A stretch of 64,000 nt of DNA, from assembly GCA_965658655.1 (NCBI GenBank), contig CBFHTA010000001.1, forward strand, positions 296,722 to 360,721, given 5' to 3'. The translations under genes were made by a program, and so were the position numbers. The number at the start of each line of letters is the position of its first letter. The stretch's first letter is position 1. The notes beneath the pieces were generated by a model. It was not told the origin of the DNA. It made no database searches and saw only the letters and a list, made by a program, of their open reading frames with translations. The DNA is from Candidatus Babelota bacterium. GTDB taxonomy: Bacteria; Babelota; Babeliae; Babelales; CAIQNR01. Positions 1 to 9,808 of the stretch are shown piece after piece.

Positions 1-1472
1 TACACAGGGGTAGACTTAACCGTTATTTGATGTTCTCCAAAAGTTTCGATCTCAATGCCATGATCAACAAAAACGTTTAAGTGTGGCATTAATGTTTCAA
101 AATCTTGAGCTGTTAAAGTGACGACTTGTGGAAATAAGAGTGCAATTGTTTCTTGATTGTTAAATCGTTTAATAAATTGTTCGTATAAAACGCGTTCATG
201 CGCAGCATGCTGATCGATAATAAATAATCCATCAGGATGTTCTAATAATAAGTAGGTATTTTTAAATTGACCAATAAGTCGGTAGGGATACGATTCAACT
301 TCTTGTTGAGTTACACTTTCTATTGGCGTTTGAGTTGGTTGTGCTACTTCAGGTTCACTGGTTGGAAACGGTAGGGTAGAAAGGTCGGGGAACACGGAAC
401 GTGATGGTGGTTCGTATGTGGAGGTAAAGATGGGTGTTGCTGGTTGTTCTGCTAATGTGACGGTCTTTTTTAATTGGCTAGATAGGTGTTGTTCTAGTGT
501 TGTCTTAACCGATTGAGTGAGGGCCATTTCTACAATGCGTGGATTTAAAAAGAGCACTTCTTCTTTTTTAGGATGAATATTAATATCAACTGTTTTTGGG
601 TCTATGGTGATGTTTACAACTGCAATAGGAAATTTACCTGGTTGCAGTACATTTAAATATCCTTTGGTAATTGCAGTACTAAGTTTATAGTTTTTAACCC
701 ATCGTCCGTTTACAAAAAAGAACAGGCCGCCTCGGTCGTACCGCGCATAATGTGGCCCTGTCATAGCACCAGAAATAGTTATGTTCTTTTTAGCGCTTGG
801 AGATAAAGCCAGAGTATGGTTACTCACTTGTGTATCAAATAGTTGTGCAATACGCTCTTCAACAGTTTTTACGGGAGGACAATTATAAATAATTGAACCT
901 TCATGAGAGAGCGTGAAATGTACGTTTAGGTTACTAAAACAGAACGCTTTAAAAAGTGCAGAATTATGGTTCCATTCAGTGGTTGTTGTTTTTAAAAACT
1001 TCTTGCGAGCCGGTACGTTGTAAAATAGGTTCTCAATAGTAACGGTTGTTCCACGCTGCAAAGCAATAACTTGTTCTTGTTTGATCATGCCTTGGTCGAG
1101 TGTTAACTGTAGACCTTCGCTGGAACTTTTATGTTTTGTTTTGAGTGTTACTTGTGCAATTGAGCAAATGCTTGCTAGTGCTTCTCCGCGAAATCCAAAA
1201 GTTTTAATAGACTCAAGGTCATCGAAAGATGCTAACTTGCTTGTGGTATGGCGTTGAAAACAAATTCGTGCATCTTGCGTAAGCATACCGTTACCATTAT
1301 CGGAAATACTAATAAATTTTTTCCCGCCTTCTTCTAATGCAACTGTAATTCGTGTGGCATCTGCATCAAGACTGTTTTCTATGAGTTCTTTAACGATATT
1401 TGCAGGGCGTTCTACTACTTCACCCGCGGCAATTTTTTGAGCTTCATGAGCAGGAAGTTTTTGAATAATCAT
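1..1472 (-). CDS. mutL: DNA mismatch repair protein MutL (3' end runs off the window)
   Basis: Not in the ORF track; translated by hand from ATG at 1472: MIIQKLPAHEAQKIAAGEVVERPANIVKELIENSLDA. Contains GFRGEALASI, DINIHPKKEEVLF and the C-terminal DQHAAHER motif. Confidence 0.96.
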   Translation of the reverse strand, partial: MIIQKLPAHEAQKIAAGEVVERPANIVKELIENSLDADATRITVALEEGGKKFISISDNGNGMLTQDARICFQRHTTSKLASFDDLESIKTFGFRGEALASICSIAQVTLKTKHKSSSEGLQLTLDQGMIKQEQVIALQRGTTVTIENLFYNVPARKKFLKTTTTEWNHNSALFKAFCFSNLNVHFTLSHEGSIIYNCPPVKTVEERIAQLFDTQVSNHTLALSPSAKKNITISGAMTGPHYARYDRGGLFFFVNGRWVKNYKLSTAITKGYLNVLQPGKFPIAVVNITIDPKTVDINIHPKKEEVLFLNPRIVEMALTQSVKTTLEQHLSSQLKKTVTLAEQPATPIFTSTYEPPSRSVFPDLSTLPFPTSEPEVAQPTQTPIESVTQQEVESYPYRLIGQFKNTYLLLEHPDGLFIIDQHAAHERVLYEQFIKRFNNQETIALLFPQVVTLTAQDFETLMPHLNVFVDHGIEIETFGEHQITVKSTPV

Positions 1473-1573
1473 AGTCTATTGTTCTAGTTTGTTTTATTTA
1501 GCAGAGCAGTATTTATTTTTACGAGTAAAGGAATCTGTGATGCTTTTAAAATATCTTCACTAGGATACTTCTT

Positions 1574-2401
1574 TCAGAAGGTGATGGCAAATCCAAAGCG
1601 GACTATATGGCCATGCAATCGAATCTTTGGTTCAACTGGTAAATAAATACTATCTACATCTTCGAGTAAGAGTTGATCATGAAAGATTTGGCTTGCGTTT
1701 GGGTCAGGTGTAGTAATGATAACGCGTTTTTTTAATGCGATATTTCCCATAAAGAAAGAATACCCAAAGGAAAAAATTCGGTTTCCTTTGCCACCGAAAA
1801 GAAGGGTGGTTCCAAATTCCCCAGCTGCATGCTTTTTGTGTGGCTCTAAGTCTTGTCCTGTATAGCTTGCTGTATCTTTTTCCCACCACCTGAATCGTTC
1901 AACTCCTCTGATGCCAATAGTAGGGGCAATCCATACAGATAATGAGAATCGTGTTTGTTGTACTAACCATTCTGCAAAAGGTGCAATGCGAATACTTTTT
2001 ATATCTTGATGTACTTCTAAGCTTGCTTGTGTTTCATCATGGTCAAAATAGTCTGTTTTTATTGCATTGTTACGTTTTGCAAAATTAAATTTTGCTCCAA
2101 TATAAAGAGCAGTTGGTCGTTCAGATTGCCAAAATTTTCGCTTAAGAGAAAAAGAAAATCCTGGTACGGTAGCACTTTGATTATTTTTTATAAAATCTTT
2201 ATTGCTACTAACATCAAGAATGGTGCGATCTGGACAGTGCCACCAACTTAAAGTTGGCCCAGCATTAATAACAATGTTAGGAGAGACTGCGGTTTCCATT
2301 GTTGGTTGATTGTGTTCCGGTAGACGATAGGGGCCTAGAAAAGCTAAGGTACTATAAAGAGACAAAGGGATAGTACATAAAAGTAATAATTTTTTTTTCA
2401 T
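1574..2401 (-). CDS. Putative outer-membrane beta-barrel protein
   Basis: Signal peptide, alternating hydrophobic/aromatic beta-strands, and C-terminal ...VRFGFAITF resembling a Bam beta-signal. Confidence 0.6.
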   Translation of the reverse strand: MKKKLLLLCTIPLSLYSTLAFLGPYRLPEHNQPTMETAVSPNIVINAGPTLSWWHCPDRTILDVSSNKDFIKNNQSATVPGFSFSLKRKFWQSERPTALYIGAKFNFAKRNNAIKTDYFDHDETQASLEVHQDIKSIRIAPFAEWLVQQTRFSLSVWIAPTIGIRGVERFRWWEKDTASYTGQDLEPHKKHAAGEFGTTLLFGGKGNRIFSFGYSFFMGNIALKKRVIITTPDPNASQIFHDQLLLEDVDSIYLPVEPKIRLHGHIVRFGFAITF

Positions 2402-2403
2402 TT

Positions 2404-4179
2404 TTATTCTCCTGGAGGGCTTAGAATTCCTAAGCTTTTATTTTGTATTTTTACTATTTCTGCGTATGTTTTCATTTTTACCGGAGTAGTGAGCGATAAA
2501 TTTTTTCTTAGAATTCTCTTTAGCTGCTCTTTGGTTGCACCATTAATTAAAGTAGTTTTGTCAGCTCCTGAAGGCATTGCATTAACTAAACCTGAATTAG
2601 CAAGCTTAATAAGACCATTTACTGTAATAGCATCGAAAGCACACCAAGGAATACTGGTTAATGCAGTGCTGTTTTCAAGGTAAATATCACCAGTAATTTG
2701 CATATTGTAAAAGGCAAGAGGTTCGATTTCAGTAAGGGCAGTATTATTGTCTATGCGTAAATCATTTCCTACAGTAGCTCCTTTAAAGAGTTTATTTGTG
2801 ACCTTTGTAATGTTTGTGTTGTCTATTCTTAAATCGTTACTTACGGTAGCAGACTTAAAAGCTTCTTGTTTGAGAGAAGTAATAGCGGTGTTGTCTAGTC
2901 GAATATCTCCAGTTGTGGACTGTTCAGAGAAAAAATCAGTAATAATAGCATCATCCACCGAAGTTAGACTTGTATTTCCAGTTAAGCTTATTGTTCCACC
3001 AATAGTTCCTCCGCTAAATGCTGTAGCGCTAAGGCTTGTAAGATTTGTATTGCTTTGCATTTGTAGATCACCTGTTACTGTAATCCTATTAAAAGCACTT
3101 GCGGCAATAGTCGTAAGGTTGCTGTTGTTATTAAGTTGTAAATTTCCAGAGACAGTTAATCCACTAAAGGCATTTGCCCCAATAGTTGTGATTCCAAGAT
3201 TATTTAATAAAAGATTCCCTCCTACAGTTAATCCATTAAGAGCATCAGTAGGAATACTCGTAAGAGAAGTATTGCCATCTAGTCGTAAATTGCCTGTAAG
3301 CGAAAGTCCACTAAATGCATCAGTCGAAATAGTAGTAATACCAGTATTATCTTGAAGTTCGAGATTTTCTAGGTTTGGAAATGTTGCAAAAATATCTGCA
3401 GGTATACTCGTTAAGTCGGTATTGCCACCGAGTTTAAGCGTGGTTATTGCAGATTTGTCTATTCCGTCAAGTGATCCATCGAGTCCTGTAAGTTCTTCAA
3501 GGACGCTTTGACCAGCAGCAATGAGTGTAGACCCTGATAAATCGAGTGTTGTGCCACTATCTTGCAAGTAAGTAGCGCTGCTTAAATCTACAGCTGCAGC
3601 AAGTGTAGTAACAGTTTGGGTGCCAGATGTAGAATCAAAAAGAGCTATTCTCGGATAGTCTCGTGCTGTAGCATCATAATACGATGTCCAATTGTCATCA
3701 CTTCCTCCATAAGCTTCTAGAGTTTTTTTAATGTTCCAACTTCCAGAAGCAGTTACCTCTGTTGAGCTGGTTCTTGTATAGTAATGATTTGCTATATTAA
3801 TCGTGGGTCTTATCTCAATCCAATAAGTTCCAGTAGATGGAATTGTTATTGATCCTGTATAGGTTGCGAGCCCTCCATCTCTAGAGTCATAAGCTAAAAC
3901 ACTTCCTAGGTCTGTTCCTACCGTGCCTGCAGAATCTGTGTGTATTCGTATTTCCGTATATTGAATATAGGTAGTTGAAGAAGCGGAGTGTTGGACCTGG
4001 GCACTTGTTATTGTAGTTGCTGATCCTGCTGTAAACTGGTGGGCGTAACGAACATTTCCTCTGATTAGCAAAGTAGAGTTTTGAGCTTCATCAATATTAC
4101 TTAAAAGTGTTATACCTAAAAGGTTTATTGGTAGAATAAATAAAAATGTTAGTAACCTTATATAATGGTTAATTTTCAT
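2404..4179 (-). CDS. Exported leucine-rich-repeat protein (BspA-like repeats), paralog 1
   Basis: Start at MKINHY with AAGGA RBS. Signal peptide, beta-rich N-domain, then ~25-aa repeats LxLxxNxxLTxIxxxAFxGLTVxG. Confidence 0.85.
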   Translation of the reverse strand: MKINHYIRLLTFLFILPINLLGITLLSNIDEAQNSTLLIRGNVRYAHQFTAGSATTITSAQVQHSASSTTYIQYTEIRIHTDSAGTVGTDLGSVLAYDSRDGGLATYTGSITIPSTGTYWIEIRPTINIANHYYTRTSSTEVTASGSWNIKKTLEAYGGSDDNWTSYYDATARDYPRIALFDSTSGTQTVTTLAAAVDLSSATYLQDSGTTLDLSGSTLIAAGQSVLEELTGLDGSLDGIDKSAITTLKLGGNTDLTSIPADIFATFPNLENLELQDNTGITTISTDAFSGLSLTGNLRLDGNTSLTSIPTDALNGLTVGGNLLLNNLGITTIGANAFSGLTVSGNLQLNNNSNLTTIAASAFNRITVTGDLQMQSNTNLTSLSATAFSGGTIGGTISLTGNTSLTSVDDAIITDFFSEQSTTGDIRLDNTAITSLKQEAFKSATVSNDLRIDNTNITKVTNKLFKGATVGNDLRIDNNTALTEIEPLAFYNMQITGDIYLENSTALTSIPWCAFDAITVNGLIKLANSGLVNAMPSGADKTTLINGATKEQLKRILRKNLSLTTPVKMKTYAEIVKIQNKSLGILSPPGE

Positions 4180-4280
4180 ATGTTTTCCTTTTTCTATAAA
4201 GAAAAATGTCAATTTAAAAAAGAAGTATTTAACGGTTTGCTTTCTTAGTAGATATTTTGGTGCAGTTGTTTTTGCATTTT

Positions 4281-6497
4281 TTATCCTGCAGCTCCTAAAC
4301 TTTTATTCTGTAATTTTAAAATTTCAGCATACTCTTTCAGCTTTACTGGAGCTGCAAGTGAAGGATTTTTCCTTAAAATTGCTTTGATTTGTTCTTTGGT
4401 TGCGCCATTGGTTAAGGTTGTTTTATCTGCTCCTGCAGTCATTGCATTTACAAGACCAGAGTTAGCAAGTTTGATAATGCCGTTTACCGCTACAGCATCA
4501 AAAGCACACCAAGGGATTCGGGTTAAGGCAGTGGTGTTTTCTAAGTCAATGTCTCCTGTAACTTGCATATTATAAAAGGCTTTCGGTTCTATTTCTGTCA
4601 ATGCTGCGTTAGAAGCTAAAGATAACTCATTGCCTACAATAGTGTCCTTGAATGTTTCGTTAGAAAGTTTTGTGATACCCGTACTATCCATTCTTAAATT
4701 GTTAGTTATGTTAGCTTTTTGAAAAGCAGTAATAGGAACCGTAGTGAGTGCAGCATTATTGTCTACTCTTAAGTCATTGCTTACTAGTGTCTCTTTGAAT
4801 GCACTTTCTTCTAGATTTGTTAATCCTGTGCTATCTAAGCGGATATCTCCTGTGATAGATATTCCCTTAAAGAAAGTATTTAAAATAGTACTGGGTATTG
4901 TCTCTAAAGAGCTGTTTCCTGTTAAACTTAAACTACCCGTAAGGTTTACTCCTTCAAATGCATTTTCGTTAAGGGTGGTTAACGCGGTGTTTCCTGTTAC
5001 TTCTAAATCTCCAGTGACGGTAAGACCGTTAAACGCATTTTCGCCAATGCTCGTTAAAGAGGCATTATTATTTATTTTTACATTTCCAGAGACCGTTGCT
5101 CCATTGAAAGCATTTTCAGATAATGAGGTAAGCCCTGTATTTTGTACTTCTAAGTCAGTATTAATGGTGGTAGTTTCAAAACCGTTGGTTGGTAGCGTGG
5201 CTAATGCAGAGTTATCGTCTAGACATAATGTTCCAAAAGTTGCGCCATTAAAAGCATTTGTAGCGATAGTTTCTAAAGCAGTGTTCCCATCAAGGCGTGT
5301 GGTGCCTGTGACTTCAATTCCATTAAAAGCATTTTCTGGAAGTGTTGTGAGGCCAGTATTACCATTAAGTTGTAAGTTTCCGCCTACTGTTAGTCCATTA
5401 AAGGTGTTTGCAGGAATTGTTGTAAGAGCAGTGTTGCCATCAATGCGTAAATTTCCTGTTATTGTTAATCCCGTAAAGGCTCCAGAAGCAATTGTTGTAA
5501 GAGAAGTATTGCTATCAATGCGTAATGTTCCCGAAACAGTAAGTCCATTCAAGCCGTTTTCTGGGAGTGTTGTTAAACTTGTATTCGCATCTAAACGTAA
5601 ATCGGTAACCGTTAAATTATTAAATGCATCTGCTGTAATAGTTGTTAATCCAGTATTTCCATGGAGCTCTAATGTTTCTAAATGAGTAAAAGTGGCAAAT
5701 ATGTCTGCAGGAATGGTCGTTAAACTTGTATTTCCGCCAAGTTTAAGAGTGGTAACTGCTGTTTTATCAATGCCATCAAGAGATCCATCTAATCCTGTTA
5801 ACTCTTCAAGAGCATTTTGACCTTGATCGCTTATTGTAGAACCAGAAAGATCAAGCGTGGTTCCATTGTCAGTAAGCCACGGAGAAGCACTTAAATCGAC
5901 AGCTGCAGCTAGAGTGGTTATGGTTTGGGTGTCTGGAACAACATTACTTGTACCTTGTAATGAAAATTTTGGATATTGGTAAGGGGTTCCTGTAAAATAG
6001 TTCCAAGTGCTTGAGTCACTTCCACTTGCTATTTTATCTTTTTTAACTGTCCATCCTTCGGCGCTCCCTGTGGCAGAAGTAGAAGCTGTTGTTGTGTAGT
6101 AATGATTTGCAATTGCTGCTGTTGGATAAATTTCGAACCAGTAGGTTCCTGCAGCTGGTATTTCTACTTCACCGCTGTATGTTATGACATTGCTTCCATC
6201 AATTGACACATAAGAAAGTGTCCCTAAGAGCGATCCGACTGTGTCGTCTGAGTCGCTATGAATTCTAATGGCTGTTGAGGAAGGGTATTTTTGTGCCCCA
6301 GAAACTTGGCTCTGTGCGGTTGTGATAGTTGCAGCGCTTCCTGCTGTAAATTGATGAGCGTAACGAACATTGCTTCGTACTATCCAAGAGGTGGTTTGTC
6401 CTGTTGTTTCATTCATGTTGGTAAAAAGTGTTTCACACTAAAGTTGTTGAAACACAAAGAGCATGCTTAAAGATAGTAAACTTTTCCAGGGCTTCAT
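4281..6497 (-). CDS. Exported leucine-rich-repeat protein, paralog 2; signal peptide interrupted by in-frame TAG (possible pseudogene)
   Basis: ORF 4281..6416 extends in frame to ATG 6497 (AAGGAG RBS): MKPWKSLLSLSMLFVFQQL*CETLFTNMNET. Same architecture as paralog 1, with more repeats. Confidence 0.8.
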
Positions 6498-6557
6498 AGA
6501 TTCTCCTTTTTTATAAAGAAAAAATTAGCAGCTCATAGAAAGAGATTCAAGATTTGA

Positions 6558-7448
6558 TTATCCGATCACAACGCGATTGTGGCCTGAGAAATCATTAAGA
6601 ATGCGTGTTCTTGTAAACCCTGCTGTTGTAAAGAGTTGTTTCACGTCTTCTCCTTGATTGTATCCAATTTCTACAATTAAAGATGCCAGGTTGTGCTTAC
6701 GTAAAATACTTTGCTGATTAATGTAATATGGGGCATGCGCAACTAATTGTGTAAGAATTTCTAACCCTTTGTTTCCTGCAATTAACGCTCCTCTATCTTC
6801 CCATTTTCTAATAGTAGGAGAAAGTTCATTCCAGTCTTCTGGAGCAATATAAGGAGGATTAGAGAAGATGCAATCAAACTTTATATCTTGTGGCAAGAGT
6901 GTAAAAAGATCAGATTTTATAAATATAATGTTAGAGATGTTATTTTGTTCAGCATTTTTTTTAGCAAGTGCCAATGCAGAATCTGAAACATCTACAGCAT
7001 AAATGGTTGCGTTTGGAAGTTCACGCGCAAGCCAGAGTGCTATGCATCCAGATCCGGTTCCTATATCTAGAATTTTTAATGGTTCATTTTTTATAGGGGC
7101 AAAACCGGGAAGCAGTGAAGCCATCCATTCTTCTGTTTCTGGTCTAGGAATAAGTGTTGGTGGCTCAACAGAAATAGTTAACGGACCAAAAGGAACAGAA
7201 CCAAGAACGTAATGTAATGGGTAGTCTTCATCTAAATGTTGTGAGATCCATTGATTGAGTTGAGCAATGTCTTGCTTTGACATCTCAAATACAGTTTGGG
7301 TCATTAAATCTAATTTACTTTGATTTGTTAACCGCTCGAGTAGCCACCAGGCAGCAGTATGTGCATGCATAGTACTTTCATAACGCGGCTCTAAGCTTTT
7401 TGTTACCTCTTTGATAACTACATATACATTGTAAGAATCTTTTTCCAT
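6558..7448 (-). CDS. prmC: Release factor glutamine methyltransferase
   Basis: LIPRPETE, LDIGTGSGCIA and SNPPY motifs. Confidence 0.95.
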   Translation of the reverse strand: MEKDSYNVYVVIKEVTKSLEPRYESTMHAHTAAWWLLERLTNQSKLDLMTQTVFEMSKQDIAQLNQWISQHLDEDYPLHYVLGSVPFGPLTISVEPPTLIPRPETEEWMASLLPGFAPIKNEPLKILDIGTGSGCIALWLARELPNATIYAVDVSDSALALAKKNAEQNNISNIIFIKSDLFTLLPQDIKFDCIFSNPPYIAPEDWNELSPTIRKWEDRGALIAGNKGLEILTQLVAHAPYYINQQSILRKHNLASLIVEIGYNQGEDVKQLFTTAGFTRTRILNDFSGHNRVVIG

Positions 7449-7628
7449 AGGCCTTCCTAGCTTGTCTATAAAATTATATTATCAACTTTACTTTGAGAAT
7501 AAAATACAATCAAGGGTATAAAAGTAATCTGGCTTAAACTTTAAAAATCGACATTATACGTCTTTTTCGCATATTACAAAAGATAGTTTCTGTATTCCTA
7601 AGAAATTAGTTTCACTGCAATGGTTTAG

Positions 7629-8219
7629 TTAAGAAATGCGCTCTGTAAGGATTTTGAGTTTGCGGTAATCGTTGCCAGTCAAAAGAGAGACCATTTCTAT
7701 AATGCTATAGAGTTTATTTTCGCTTAAAAGATTTAACTTTTTTTGCTCTCTAAGAAGAGCAAGCAATAGTTCGTCTTTGTTTTGAATTTGTTCGCTAGCG
7801 AATAGAACAGGTAGATACTTGGAACAACTAAAAAATTGTTTATTTAACTGTAAAGAACTTTTTTGGATAAACGCGTGAATCTTGGGAGGCTCAGGTGGGA
7901 CTTGGTAATGTATACGCTCTTGCTCAATAAACCCTAAAGCTAAACATTCAAATGTAGTACGTAAAAATTCAAAAATTTGTGGTTGTTCAGCTAAAAGTTC
8001 TTCTTCTGTTTTTTTATAAGCAAATGGGGTACGCCCTGGGTCTGCTGAACCAGTGGTTACTTGATAGACTAAGCCAAACCAGGTTCTTTGGGGGGTAGTA
8101 ATGGTTACTAATGAACCAAATGTAGGGAAAAGGTCCCATTTCCAGCTTTGGCCGGTCCAGTTTTGCAAAGAACTTTGTATTACCTCAGAAAAGGCTTGCT
8201 TGTCTTGCTTTATCACCAT
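7629..8219 (-). CDS. Stand-alone HAS-barrel-like protein (family usually linked to NurA/HerA)
   Basis: PxFGSLV, GLVYQVTT, EELLAEQPQIFEFLRTTF and PPEPPKIHAF resemble cyanobacterial/Chloroflexi HAS-barrel proteins (from recall). Confidence 0.6.
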   Translation of the reverse strand: MVIKQDKQAFSEVIQSSLQNWTGQSWKWDLFPTFGSLVTITTPQRTWFGLVYQVTTGSADPGRTPFAYKKTEEELLAEQPQIFEFLRTTFECLALGFIEQERIHYQVPPEPPKIHAFIQKSSLQLNKQFFSCSKYLPVLFASEQIQNKDELLLALLREQKKLNLLSENKLYSIIEMVSLLTGNDYRKLKILTERIS

Positions 8220-8865
8220 CTTTTTCTCCCTTTTTTAGTTTTGTAAGAAAAGTGGTTCTATGGATAACGGATGGCTGATGAGTGTGGATTCCTGTTTGAT
8301 GAGCCTTTGATCCATATCCTTTATTTGAGCTTAAATCGTATCCAGGAAAAAAGCTATCCATGCGTTTCATGAGTTCATCTCGCTTAACTTTAGCTAGAAT
8401 AGAGGCTGCGGCTATAGAGATAGACTTACTTTCTCCCTTAGTAAAAGAGGCTATTCTTATTGAGCTTAAATCTCCAGCTAAGCTTAACGGCATAGCATCG
8501 ATTAAAATGAGCTCCGGCCTTGGGGCCGAATTATGAGAGAAGAGCCCATAGAGGGCCTTTTTCATCGCTAGTTGAGTGGCTTTATAGATATTAAGCTTAT
8601 CTACTAAATGGGCATCTACAATGCCAAAACTATGCCAAGAATTGTCGTAAATCCACGCTGCGGCTTCATTCCGCTTATTTTCAGTCAGAATTTTTGAGTC
8701 TTTGAGTAAAGGGTGGGTCTTAAAGGGTTTTAAGATCACCGCCGATGTTACAACTGGTCCAGCTAGACATCCTCGGCCAACTTCATCAATTCCGCACAAA
8801 TAAGCCTGTAAAGACCAGATTTTCTTCTCAAATTGAGAGGGGTTTAATGAAGATGAGCTTAACAT
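8185..8865 (-). CDS. rnhB: Ribonuclease HII
   Basis: GIDEVGRGCLAGPV, LKDSK, IAAASILAKVKRD and NKGYG motifs. Confidence 0.95.
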   Translation of the reverse strand: MLSSSSLNPSQFEKKIWSLQAYLCGIDEVGRGCLAGPVVTSAVILKPFKTHPLLKDSKILTENKRNEAAAWIYDNSWHSFGIVDAHLVDKLNIYKATQLAMKKALYGLFSHNSAPRPELILIDAMPLSLAGDLSSIRIASFTKGESKSISIAAASILAKVKRDELMKRMDSFFPGYDLSSNKGYGSKAHQTGIHTHQPSVIHRTTFLTKLKKGEKDGDKARQASLF

Positions 8866-8879
8866 TTTTTCTTTTCCAT

Positions 8880-8907
8880 TTGACAAGCCTGCACAATCCT
8901 GTATTCT
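8880..8907 (+). promoter_or_regulatory. Candidate sigma70 promoter for the XRE/S24 regulator
   Basis: TTGACA at 8880-8885, 16-nt spacer, TATTCT at 8902-8907. Confidence 0.45.
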
Positions 8908-8968
8908 ATTAGAAAATACGCAGTGTTAATAAAACAGTAACCAAAGCTAACAAATTAAGGAGTTGAGC

Positions 8969-9640
8969 ATGTCATCAACAGCCCTTAGAGTCAAGGAGCT
9001 TCTGAGAGAAAAAGGATGGACAACCAAGATCTTAGCCGAGAAAACTGGTATGTCTGAAAGTTACTTGACGCATATAAAAAATGGAACAAGACGTTGGAAT
9101 GAAGATTCTCTTAAGAAATTGGCCAACGCATTTGAGATTAGCCCAATAGATCTTTTTGCCGAACGCAGAAAGAGAACAGATAATATAGACAGCAATGTGA
9201 GCATGCCAGAGAAATCTGATATTGACCTTAAAGTACAGGTAGTACCGGTTGTGGGAGAAATTCCTTCAAATCCATCTCCTTATAATAATCAGCTTATGCA
9301 GACTACTACAGGTTATAAAGATATTTTTGTCCCTACCCTTAATACAACCGATGCATCTATGTTTGCTTTGGGAGTAGATAATAATCTCTTAGCGCCAGCT
9401 TTTGTAAAGGGTGATTTACTTATTATCTCTCCAGAAGTATGGACTCGGTCAGGTGATGTTGCAGCTGTAGAATATGGTAATGATACGCCAATTAAGGCTA
9501 TTATGCAGGTCACCTTCAGTGAAGATTTTATTGTTCTTGAGTCTCCAAATAGAAAGCAAGCTCCAGCTGCTTTAGTGAGAGGTAAAGATCATTTCAGAAT
9601 TATTGGAAGAGTGGTTCAGCGAATTCAGAAATTTGCTTAA
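8969..9640 (+). CDS. XRE-family HTH regulator with LexA/S24-like C-terminal domain
   Basis: HTH (LAEKTGMSESYLTHIKNG), VPVVGEI, FAL...GDLLII and RIIGRVV; AAGGAG RBS before ATG 8969. Confidence 0.85.
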   Translation: MSSTALRVKELLREKGWTTKILAEKTGMSESYLTHIKNGTRRWNEDSLKKLANAFEISPIDLFAERRKRTDNIDSNVSMPEKSDIDLKVQVVPVVGEIPSNPSPYNNQLMQTTTGYKDIFVPTLNTTDASMFALGVDNNLLAPAFVKGDLLIISPEVWTRSGDVAAVEYGNDTPIKAIMQVTFSEDFIVLESPNRKQAPAALVRGKDHFRIIGRVVQRIQKFA

Positions 9641-9665
9641 AAACCTCTTCTAAGCTTACTTTTGA

Positions 9666-9700
9666 TACCAGGAAGACTATCTTTTTATAGTGTTTCTGGT
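9666..9700 (+). terminator. Hairpin after the regulator gene (possible terminator)
   Basis: ATACCAGGAAGACTAT pairs imperfectly with ATAGTGTTTCTGGTAT. Confidence 0.4.
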
Positions 9701-9808
9701 ATTCTTATTAGCTTAAATCTATTTACTAAATAGAATAACTGGTTATTTGTTATTTTATAGTGCCCAGCGGAGGGCATTTCCAGTTAGTAACTATAAGGGA
9801 ATCGTACA

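Noticed and set aside
2489..5685. Long + strand ORFs (2747..3355, 4744..5685 and others) opposite the LRR genes
   Set aside because: They are antisense shadows of repetitive Thr/Asn/Leu codons, with no RBS or domain signal.
6438..6440. Genome-wide TAG or TGA stop-codon reassignment
   Set aside because: TAG ends conserved genes at expected lengths (tsaB, ruvX, dnaG, mnmG), TGA ends others (rpsF, mraY), and long core genes have no internal stops.
8969..9640. Prophage repressor marking a prophage
   Set aside because: It is flanked by rnhB and rpsF, with no phage genes, integrase or att-like repeats in the window.
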